The notes beneath the pieces are model-generated. The model worked only from the letters and a program-made list of their open reading frames with translations, made no database searches and was not told the origin of the DNA. DNA of 63,320 nucleotides, the filler included, from Octopus bimaculoides (Eukaryota): assembly GCF_001194135.2 (NCBI RefSeq). It is 8 parts of 6 records of this genome, joined end to end, with 100 filler letters (N's around TTAATTAATTAA, not from the genome) between each part and the next. Parts side by side here need not be neighbours in the genome. Positions count along the whole stretch, not along the records: positions 51,828 to 58,701 come from NC_068986.1; positions 58,802 to 60,795 come from NC_069000.1; positions 60,896 to 62,051 come from NW_026430148.1; positions 62,152 to 63,320 come from NW_026373216.1; 4 more parts are not named here. One strand, 5' to 3'. Of this stretch, positions 52,990-63,320 are shown one piece after another. Made by a program: the position numbers and the translations under genes. Positions within the stretch are counted from its first letter, which is position 1. Every line of letters begins with the position of its first letter.

Positions 52990-53684
52990 TATACATGTAT
53001 GTATGGAACTGGCAACCTGTCAGGCAAAATTCTGTGATTGATATAATGGCTTAAAATTTAAAGAGTGTTATGCCCCAGTATGACATTATTCAAAGTCTGA
53101 TACAAGAAATTAAAATACGACAATACGATATAACAAGACAGAAATCAAAACAAACATATCATTATAATTGGCTAGATTTCTATTTATTTGAAACATTACT
53201 ATCAACCATTTAACACAAAATTATAACAAGTTACATTGAAATATCTCCTATTCTTAAACGTTTAATCGATTTATTGATTAATTAATTAATTTTACTTAAA
53301 CAAGAAAGTCGTTAACATTGTATTGTCTACGACAATCAGGCTGTCTCTCTCTATTATAGCGAGATAACAGCATAGCATAGGATATAATCGGATAATTTTA
53401 AAGATAAGAAGTGAACTTTTATGAATGAAGAGGAAGAGGTGATGTATTGAGAATTGATTTTGCAACGGTGGTGTATTCAAGAAATTGCAAGAAAATTATG
53501 CCAAGATATGAAGAAAAAAGTAATAGTGTAAAAGCAATAAAATTAGAATAAAGCCACTTTAAAGTAAATTGCACTCAGGAACTCACTCTCGAATACATAT
53601 TGACTTATTATATAGAGTGTATACATACCCAGCACAAATTATATATATATATGTAAGTCTGTATATATAATGTATATGTGCATA

Positions 53685-54375
53685 GGCGCAGGAGTAGCTG
53701 TGTGGTAAAGAGCTTGCTTCCCAACCACATGGTTCCAAGTTCAGTCACACTGCGTGGTACCTTGGACAAGCATCTCCTACTATAGCCTCGAGCCGACCAA
53801 AGTCTTGTAAGTGGATTTGCCAGACGGAAACTGAAAGAAGCCCGTCAAATATATATATACATACATACACACACACACACACANNNNNNNNNNNNNNNNN
53901 NNNNNNNNNNNNNNNNNNNNNNNNNNNNNNNNNNNNNNNNNNNNNNNNNNNNNNNNNNNNNNNNNNNNNNNNNNNNNNNNNNNNNNNNNNNNNNNNNNNN
54001 NNNNNNNNNNNNNNNNNNNNNNNNNNNNNNNNNNNNNNNNNNNNNNNNNNNNNNNNNNNNNNNNNNNNNNNNNNNNNNNNNNNNNNNNNNNNNNNNNNNN
54101 NNNNNNNNNNNNNNNNNNNNNNNNNNNNNNNNNNNNNNNNNNNNNNNNNNNNNNNNNATGGGGTGTGTGTGTGTTTATGTTTGTCCTTCAATATCGCTTG
54201 ACAACCGATACTGGTGTGTTTACGTCCCTGTAACCCACCAGTTTGGCAAAAGTACCGATAGAATACGTAGTAGGCTTACAAAGAATAAGTCCTGGAGTTG
54301 ACTTGCTCGGCTAAAGGCGGTGCTCCAGCATGGCCGCAGTCAAATCGCTGAAACATATAAAAGACTAAAAGAATA
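53685..54375 (+). mobile_element. SINE family A copy
   Basis: Full head and tail; N gap 53884-54157 in the internal microsatellite. Confidence 0.9.
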
Positions 54376-54384
54376 TATATATAT

Positions 54385-54428
<44 letters not shown>

Positions 54429-55012
54429 ATGCAGATAATAAGCAGAGAGGAAGAGAGAAATAGACAGACACACGGATAGCAGGTGAAGCATAGAAGGCGG
54501 TAGAGACGTAAATAAATAAGAAATAATTACAGAAATTTTCCGATCACATGACTTATCGGACAAAATATTCTATAACACCGCACCGAGAATGGATAAGAAA
54601 AACAATATTTTAATTTTATTTATTTATTTTTTTTTTTTGATCGATCATGCTGAAATAATTAATCAATCGATTAAGCGTTAAGAAGTATTGGAAAAAATTC
54701 CATTGTAATTTGCAATGCTTTGTGGTTGATATAAATGTTTTAATTAATTGAACTTCTAACAATTGTAAAAACTTCAGTACTTTTAGCTTTCTTTGCCTTC
54801 CACTTCCGGTTTCCATGCTTGAAACACAATCATGACAGGGCACAAATATTAGATATTTTCTTGATAACGTCGACCACACGAATTTAATAGGAAGCTCCCT
54901 AACTCTCTCTATATCTTCCTCTGTCTCTCCTTCTTTTCTTCTTTATTTCTCTCTCTATATATACACACAAAAGAGAGAGAGAGAGAAAGGAAAAGAAAGA
55001 TAGCTAGGCGTA

Positions 55013-55189
55013 GGCGTAGGAGTGGCTGTGTGGTAAGTAGCATGCTTACAAACCACATGGTCCTGGGTTCAGTCTCACTGCGTGGCATCTTGGGCAAGTG
55101 TCTTCTACTATAGCCTCGGGCCGACAAAAGGCTTCTGAGTGGAATTGGCAGGCGGAAACTGAAAGAAGCCCGTCGTGTATATGTATATA

Positions 55190-55234
<45 letters not shown>

Positions 55235-55797
55235 NNNNNNNNNNNNNNNNNNNNNNNNNNNNNNNNNNNNNNNNNNNNNNNNNNNNNNNNNNNNNNNNNN
55301 NNNNNNNNNNNNNNNNNNNNNNNNNNNNNNNNNNNNNNNNNNNNNNNNNNNNNNNNNNNNNNNNNNNNNNNNNNNNNNNNNNNNNNNNNNNNNNNNNNNN
55401 NNNNNNNNNNNNNNNNNNNNNNNNNNNNNNNNNNNNNNNNNNNNNNNNNNNNNNNNNNNNNNNNNNNNNNNNNNNNNNNNNNNNNNNNNNNNNNNNNNNN
55501 NNNNNNNNNNNNNNNNNNNNNNNNNNNNNNNNNNNNNNNNNNNNNNNNNNNNNNNNNNNNNNNNNNNNNNNNNNNNNNNNNNNNNNNNNNNNNNNNNNNN
55601 NNNNNNNNNNNNNNNNNNNNNNNNNNNNNNNNNNNNNNNNNNNNNNNNNNNNNNNNNNNNNNNNNNNNNNNNNNNNNNNNNNNNNNNNNNNNNNNNNNNN
55701 NNNNNNNNNNNNNNNNNNNNNNNNNNNNNNNNNNNNNNNNNNNNNNNNNNNNNNNNNNNNNNNNNNNNNNNNNNNNNNNNNNNNNNNNNNNNNNNNN

Positions 55798-55834
<37 letters not shown>

Positions 55835-56035
55835 CATACATATATACGAATCAAAGTGCGTGTGTGTGTCTGTGTATGTTTGCGTTTCCGACTGTACACA
55901 ACAGCCGGTGTTGGTGTGGTTATATCCCCGTAAGAGACCGATAGAATAAGTAGCAGTACTTGAAACAAAACGAGTGCAGGTGTCGATTCCATATGTCCTA
56001 GCATAGCCATGGTCTGATGACTGAAACAAGAAAAA
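55013..56035 (+). mobile_element. SINE family A copy
   Basis: Head intact, tail degraded; N gap 55235-55797 in the internal microsatellite. Confidence 0.85.
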
Positions 56036-56489
56036 TAATTAAAGGATGTAAAGACTCATACGCACTTATATATAGATATACATTCACACATAGTTTTACA
56101 CAAAACGCATACGTGTATACAGAGACACACACATCGACTTTCTTTCTTGCTCATAACCAACCATATGTAACAAAAGCTTTTGTAAATACTCTCACACTTA
56201 AACAAACATGAATTGCCTAAGACACATTAATTACAATCCGTATTTAGATGCTGACAGTGGTCTACAACTACTTTCAAATTGCTTCTGGCTAGGACTGATT
56301 TCTATGCAAAATATATAAACGGAAAGAATAAATCTCAAATGTACCCATAGAATGGAATATCACTGTATTTTGTTGTTAATATATTCTTTCGGAGACACTA
56401 CTGTCACACAGAAAACCTAACTCATATTTTGTTTCATTGAGTCATATATAATGTATAAATACAGTGATAGATATATGGGTAGATAGATT

Positions 56490-56541
<52 letters not shown>

Positions 56542-56668
56542 CTAACATGGTATTATAAAGATCGCGCAATTTCGTTCTCATTTGGGTGAGGATATGATGG
56601 TTATTTAGTGTATCTTCATGCAACTATACCAAAATAAATTTCAGTGGAATTGGCATATCTTATGCTAT

Positions 56669-56758
<90 letters not shown>

Positions 56759-57793
56759 CGTGCGTGCGTGTATATGTGTGTATATCTATATATAAGATAA
56801 AACTTACTTAGAAAGGGATGTGTGGCGTTCAGTCATATCGCGAACAACGAAAGAAACAAATGGAAAACATGACAAGTAACATAAAGAACGGCCCTTCATC
56901 AATTGTCGGCCGTTTTATCTACTCCATATTGTGAGCAATTACGTCAAGATGCGCCTTCGACAAACTATTGCTCCCGCAAAGCAAATTAAATAGAATTTGG
57001 GATTTGTGGAGAGTCAAAGTTGGTAGCTAAAACAGGACAGTGAAAACAAATAGGAGGGGATGCTAAGCCACGGCGAGGTGAGGTGGCGAACGCTGGAGGA
57101 ACAAGTGTTGACAAAAATCAAAAACAAACAATGCCCATGTTGGAGATTTAAAATATAAAATACTGACCCTGTATAAATGAATGTGTATGTGCATTTTTTT
57201 TCTGCTTGTCCCCTACCATAGCGTGGTGATTTGGTAAAAAAGATTGATTGAATAAATACAATAGTTAGAAAATAGTCTCGGGTTTTATTTGTTTGACTAA
57301 ACCTTTCAAAGCAGTGCCCGAGTGTAGCCGCATCCGTTGTCTATCGATCACTAGAACTTGTGGTATTAAACCATAAACGGTTCTTCATAGCACGTTGGAA
57401 GTAATGATCAAAAACTTCCTGCACCTATTGTCTTCTTTATCACATTTGCTGCATAATCGGCAAGAGGTTCTTTCTGCTGCATTCTGAGATCTGCTCTCTT
57501 TCTCTTATACTGATATAACTATTTTCCATACTGATTGGTAATGGAATACTAAGAGTGAATGCGTCACTCTAAGGTACTGTAATAACATTTGATTATGGGT
57601 TGGAAAGTGGAACACTTTACCAGTGAATCGGATTCACGTCACCAAAAGGAATGGTAAAAAATAAAATCTGATAAAACAATACAGGTTTTGCAGACCATAT
57701 TCAGATGCAGTTGGAAAAGTCCATTCTAAAATTGGAACTTTCAGCTGTCTAATTTTACTTTTTCCTGAACGAGCTAAAACCTGACACCATTCT

Positions 57794-58025
57794 TATTTCT
57801 TTATTGCCCACAAGGGGCTTAACATAGAGGGGACAAACAAGTACAGACAAAGGGATTAAGTCGATTATATCGACCCCAGTGCGTAACTGGTACTTATTTA
57901 ATCGACCCCGAAAGAATGAAAGGCAAAGTCGACCTCGGCGGAATTTGAACTCAGAACGTAACGACAGACGAAATACCGCTAAGCATTTCGCCCGGCGTGC
58001 TAACGTTTCTGCCAGCCCACCGCCT
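57794..58025 (-). mobile_element. Young SINE family B copy with alternative 3' tail and 12-bp TSD
   Basis: TGACACCATTCT at 57782-57793 and 58026-58037; CpGs intact. Confidence 0.92.
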
Positions 58026-58632
58026 TGACACCATTCTATTATGTAAATTTCAACACACATCATTTCCTCTGTAAAAAATATGTATCTGAAAGAAAGAGGT
58101 GAATGTTTTCTGATACCTTAGGACCTTGATAACAAATATACGATAGGATATTTATGTTGTATGCTATAGATTTGCTCAGTATCTAAGACTATGCGGCATC
58201 TGATATTTGATGTTTCCTTTCTTTACAGGTATTGAGAGAATAATATCTAAGAAATAGAGACAGATTCCATGGAACAGGTATGGTAATTAAAATAATTTTC
58301 TTCGAAACAAAGTATAACACATAATGGTTTATGATGATTAGTTTCTTTTTCAAACATAAAAAAAAAAATGCTCATACACAGACATGAAAATGCTAGTAAA
58401 CACATTAATATACTTAACAAAACTACGCACATTTATATAAAGAAATACACACGCACAAACACACACACGCACGAACGCGCGCTCGCAATATTCAAAGTGT
58501 GAATTTGGTTTGTTATCTATGTTGCAGCACAAGGACGTTTTAGAAACCGGCTCCTTCCTTCGAGAAAGACTTCAAATAATTAAAGAAAAACATGGAATAC
58601 ACACGCGCGCGCGCACACACACACACAAACAA

Positions 58633-58701
<69 letters not shown>

Positions 58702-58801
58702 NNNNNNNNNNNNNNNNNNNNNNNNNNNNNNNNNNNNNNNNNNNNTTAATTAATTAANNNNNNNNNNNNNNNNNNNNNNNNNNNNNNNNNNNNNNNNNNN
58801 N
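58702..58801. other. Artificial assembly linker
   Basis: N44-TTAATTAATTAA-N44. Confidence 0.93.
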
Positions 58802-59100
58802 TACTTATTCTATCGGTCTCTTTTGCCGAACCGCTAAGTTACGGGGACATAAACACACCAGCATCGGTTGTCAAGCGATGTTGGGGGGACAAACACAGAC
58901 ACACAAACACATACACACATACATATACATATATACATATATACGACGGGCTTCTTTCAGTTTCCGTCTACCAAATCCACTCACAAGGCTTTGGTCGGCC
59001 CGAGGCTATAGTAGAAGACACTTGCCCAAGATGCCACGCAGTGGGACTGAACCTGGGACCATGTGGTTGGTAAGCAAGCTACTTACCACACAGCCACTCC
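58802..59100 (-). mobile_element. SINE family A copy truncated at the linker
   Basis: High similarity to the other copies; short internal microsatellite. Confidence 0.9.
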
Positions 59101-59191
59101 TACATACGTGCACACATCCACACGCGTGCGCATATACTCAGCCACTAACACATGTAGGAGATCTATCTATCTATCTATCTATCTGCCTGCC

Positions 59192-59225
<34 letters not shown>

Positions 59226-59239
59226 CCATTTATATGAGA

Positions 59240-59582
59240 CACAGTCAGACTTATTCTGAAAAACAACACATTCTTCTTCAATGGAAAGAATTACATCCAA
59301 ACTAAAGGCATGGCGATGGGAACGAGGTTTGTTCCCGTTTTCGCGAACTCTGAAATGGGAAATATAGAACAACGATTCTACCAAAGAGTAGAGGAAAGCT
59401 ATAGCACTGAATTTAGAAAGTATATTGAAAAGGTATGGAAGAGATACCTTGACGACTGCTTCATAACCTGGACAGAATCTCTAAATACTCTGGAAGAGTT
59501 CAATATCCTCCTGAACAACCTACACCCATCTCTCCAATTTACAAAGGAGATGAGTAGTACCAGATTACCATTCCTAGATATT
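59240..59582 (+). pseudogene. Penelope-type reverse transcriptase, C-terminal motifs
   Basis: NNTFFFNGKNYIQTKGMAMG..WKRYLDDCF..LHPSLQFT..LPFLDI. Confidence 0.9.
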
Positions 59583-59996
59583 CTTTTATTCTCTTATTCT
59601 TTCACTTGTTTCAGTCATTTGACTGCGGCCATGCTGGAGCACCACCTTTAGTAGAACAAATCGACCCCAGGACTTGTTCTTTGTAAGCCTAGTACTTATT
59701 CTATCGGTCTCTTTTGCCGAACCGCTAAGTTACGTGGGACGTAAACACACCAGCATCGGTTGTCAAGCGATGTTGGGTGGGAGTGGGTGGGGGACAAACA
59801 CAAACATATACACACACATACACATATATACACATATATACGACGGGCTTCTTTCAGTTTCCGTCTACCAAATCCACTCTTTGGTCGGTCCTAGGCTATA
59901 GTCGAAGACACTTGCCCAAGGTGCCACGCAGTGGGACTGAATCCGGAACTATGCGGTTGGTAAGCAAGATACTTACCACAGAGTCACTCATGTGCC
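59582..59996 (-). mobile_element. SINE family A copy between the two PLE RT pieces
   Basis: Complete body and tail. Confidence 0.9.
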
Positions 59997-59997
59997 T

Positions 59998-60260
59998 TTA
60001 TTCCAAATCACGTGGAATATTGGTGTACAGGCTTACCACATCAAAACTAAGTAAAAGTGAATTTGTTTCAGTTGTTTTGGGAAGATGGGACAGGAAGTCG
60101 ATATCATCCCGGATGAAACTGGGTATGTAGGTACATAGTGGTTTCAAAACAATTTCAATAAAATTGCTTAGACAATGAGTAGGGTATGCTGGACCAGCTA
60201 TAATAGGTCTTTTGGATGCAGTAATTTTATGTACCCACTTCCTTGTTTTTTACTGCATGC
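59998..60260 (-). pseudogene. Penelope-type reverse transcriptase, N-terminal motifs
   Basis: RPIIAGPAYPTHCLSNFIEIVLKPL..SFIRDDIDFL..SFDVVSLYTNIP. Confidence 0.88.
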
Positions 60261-60404
60261 TGAATATCTTTTCATTTACGTATTCCATACGAAATGCTTC
60301 CTGTAGATCAATACCAAAGGTTCAAGGTTTTCAACAGTATATTTGTGTTAAATATAATATACAGAATGTTATGTTGAACTAATACTACTTCCGTCGCTAA
60401 TAAT

Positions 60405-60489
<85 letters not shown>

Positions 60490-60492
60490 GTG

Positions 60493-60525
<33 letters not shown>

Positions 60526-60615
60526 TTCTGTCTGTCTATCTGTCTGTCTATTTATCTATTTATCTACATGGATTATATATATATATACATACATACTTAC
60601 ATACACATACACGTA

Positions 60616-60669
<54 letters not shown>

Positions 60670-60795
60670 TACATATACGTTAATATCGAACCGCATTGGC
60701 GGATAAAAATTATTTATGGGTTAAGGCATAACCAATAAGCATAAATATGCGCGTGTGTGTGTGTATATGCATATATATGTTATATATATATATAT

Positions 60796-60895
60796 NNNNN
60801 NNNNNNNNNNNNNNNNNNNNNNNNNNNNNNNNNNNNNNNTTAATTAATTAANNNNNNNNNNNNNNNNNNNNNNNNNNNNNNNNNNNNNNNNNNNN
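60796..60895. other. Artificial assembly linker
   Basis: N44-TTAATTAATTAA-N44. Confidence 0.93.
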
Positions 60896-61012
60896 GGTGG
60901 GGTTGTTGATAATTGACCAACAGGTCTTGGGGGGTCTGACGATACGCCATATGGTTAAACTCTTTATGGACGGAAAACCCAGGATAACCTCATAAACCGG
61001 CCTTCATCAGGA

Positions 61013-61045
<33 letters not shown>

Positions 61046-61429
61046 TATGTATGTATAAATGTGTGTGAGAACGTAAAATAAATCTTTGCTGGAGGAGTGT
61101 GAAGAAATAGCAAGGATTACTTTGGTCCAACGTTTATGGAAGATGTGAGTTCGATTCTTACGGTCGGCTTCCGTCTTTTTGTATCCAAAGAACTTTGAAG
61201 TTCATATCAAGACGCTTTTATTTTTTAGCTTTATCTACTTCGAGATTCACCGTTCCCCAAGCGTGTAATTTAATCAGCTGATCATGGATTGAATCTGTTT
61301 AAATGACGCGTGATGAGACAGCGCATTCACGTAATGTATTATGTAATCCAAGACACCGCATCAGGACTACCTTAAATAAAGATTAAAAGCGAAACAATTG
61401 ACACAAGGAGACGTAAACTTTATTCATAG

Positions 61430-61520
61430 ACGTTTGCTTCCCAACCACATGGTTCCGGGTTCAGTCTTACAGCGTGGCACCTTCGGCAACTGTCTTTCCT
61501 TGTAGCCTCGGATCAACCAT
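61430..61520 (+). mobile_element. SINE family A head fragment
   Basis: cttcccaaccacatggttccgggttcagtc..cgtggcacctt. Confidence 0.75.
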
Positions 61521-61596
61521 GGCCTATGGATTTATAGATGTGTATATGTGTGTGTGTCTTTGTGTCTGTGTTTCACAGACAGACAGTTCGAGGATT

Positions 61597-61642
<46 letters not shown>

Positions 61643-62051
61643 GATAAATAGATAGACAGACAGACTGACTGATTGATAAATAAATAGACAGACAGAAAGA
61701 TTGACAGATAGATTGATGGATAGAAAGATACTTGTAGATAGATAGACAGACAGACAGATAGATAGATAGATAGATAGATAGACTTGTACATAGATAGATA
61801 GAAAAAGTTATTTTATTCTCTACGGATAGTCGTGTAAATAAGAGAAATTGAAAATGCACTTGAAGTCCTTTAGATGGTTTATTTTTAAAGGCTTAACATG
61901 TTTCACAGGTTTTCTGCTTTTCAAAAATTAAGTGAGATAGAAAGACGTGGATCTACACTGCAACTATCGTGCTTCTGACTGGAATCCAAATTTTTCTTTT
62001 TCTTTTTTATTTATTTATTTTGTGGTAGGGAAGCTCAAATTAGTATCTGTT

Positions 62052-62151
62052 NNNNNNNNNNNNNNNNNNNNNNNNNNNNNNNNNNNNNNNNNNNNTTAAT
62101 TAATTAANNNNNNNNNNNNNNNNNNNNNNNNNNNNNNNNNNNNNNNNNNNN
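62052..62151. other. Artificial assembly linker
   Basis: N44-TTAATTAATTAA-N44. Confidence 0.93.
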
Positions 62152-62424
62152 AAGGACTTGCGCGCAAATTTTCTGGCATGTATGTATGTATGTATCTATG
62201 TATGTATCCATGTATGGATGTATGTATGTATGGATGGATGTATGGATGGATGAATTGAGGGATGTGTGTATGTATGCATTTATAGTTGTGCGCATGAATG
62301 CATGTATGTATGTGTGCATGTTCGTATGCATGTCTGTATGTATACATGCATGTATGTATGAGTATGTTACTTTGTATGTGTATATGTGCATGAATGCATG
62401 CGTGAATGTATGTATATACGTGCA

Positions 62425-62458
<34 letters not shown>

Positions 62459-62923
62459 CGTATACACACACATATGTATATGTGTATATCTATGTATGTA
62501 TATATACATATATACTTATGCGTATATATACATATGTGTATATATGTATATATGTACATATGTATATATGTATATATATACATATATATATATATATACA
62601 TATCTATATATGTATGTATATATGTGTGTGTGTGTGTATGTGTATATATGTATACACACATGTATGTGTATATATATATATGTGTATGTATATCTATACT
62701 TAGAAACATACAGATAAACACACACGCAAGCGCACACATATACATTCATATATTTAGATAATGCAAACATACATACATACATGCATACATATCCGTGTGT
62801 GTGTGCGTGCGTGTAATTGTGTGTGCCACGCGCACGCGCACACCCGCACGCAGTTGCACTAAGATTCCGAAAGAATCGAAAATCAATAACGAAAAGTATG
62901 AATACAGGTCGCGGAATTTTTAC

Positions 62924-62986
62924 CTCTTGCGTGGACGACGACGGCGCTGAAGACGACGCATGAAGGCTTTGGTTTACCAATGTCAT
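62924..62986 (-). CDS. Candidate first coding exon of an unidentified gene (MTLVNQSLHASSSAPSSSTQE)
   Basis: ATG at 62986, 63 nt open, donor GAG|gtaaaa; CpG-rich unique sequence with a GC-rich (CCA/CCG) tract upstream at 63140-63230. Confidence 0.4.
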
Positions 62987-63036
62987 TACAGTAATGGAAA
63001 ATGGAAAATGGAATAGTGTTTGTCAGATAGTACAAG

Positions 63037-63070
<34 letters not shown>

Positions 63071-63287
63071 GTAGATAGATAGATAGGTAGATAGATAGAT
63101 AGACAGCACATCGCATAGGGCTTCCGTTGACTGTTTATTGGAATATGGCGGCGGTGGCGGCGGCAACGGCAGTGGTGGTGATGGAAATGGTGGTGGCGGT
63201 GGTGGTGGTGTCGATGGTGGTCGGTGATGATATACTTGTAAATTGATTATTATAACATGTTCGCTGTTATACTTAACGATACATGCA

Positions 63288-63320
<33 letters not shown>

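Noticed and set aside
63023-63316. Proline/histidine-rich ORF
   Set aside because: Product of (CCA/CCG)n and (CTAT)n tracts.

Overview
AT-rich, microsatellite-saturated eukaryotic draft scaffold. The repeat content is typical of a coleoid cephalopod, most likely Octopus (inference from the SINE/PLE/mariner mix, not a database match). The window is not one continuous sequence: seven identical 100-bp linkers (44 N + TTAATTAATTAA + 44 N) join eight segments, and many other N gaps sit inside (AT)n/(CA)n tracts. Nearly everything recognisable is transposable-element debris. (1) A Ty3/Gypsy (Mag-like) LTR relic at 8332-12362 with TG..CA ends and a 5-bp TSD, carrying a Tx1/L1-like LINE derivative (24-bp TSD, 3' stem-loop) in its 5' LTR. 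(2) Five Tc1/mariner-superfamily transposase relics (three mariner, one Tc1, one rosa/DD41D-like), a mariner end fragment and a MITE. (3) Two inverted Penelope-like (PLE) loci plus hammerhead-like motifs. (4) Two R4/Dong-like RLE fragments and RTE fragments. (5) Three tRNA-headed SINE families. No intact protein-coding gene is evident, only a few short exon candidates, the best being a possible first coding exon at 62924-62986 (-). Best leads: a PLE terminus combining a tRNA-like Pol III module with a hammerhead core; a SINE tail matching the Tx1-like LINE tail; a ~97% identical inverted RTE-tail pair; a CpG-decay domain confined to one segment; and a duplicated, possibly structured ~120-bp element.
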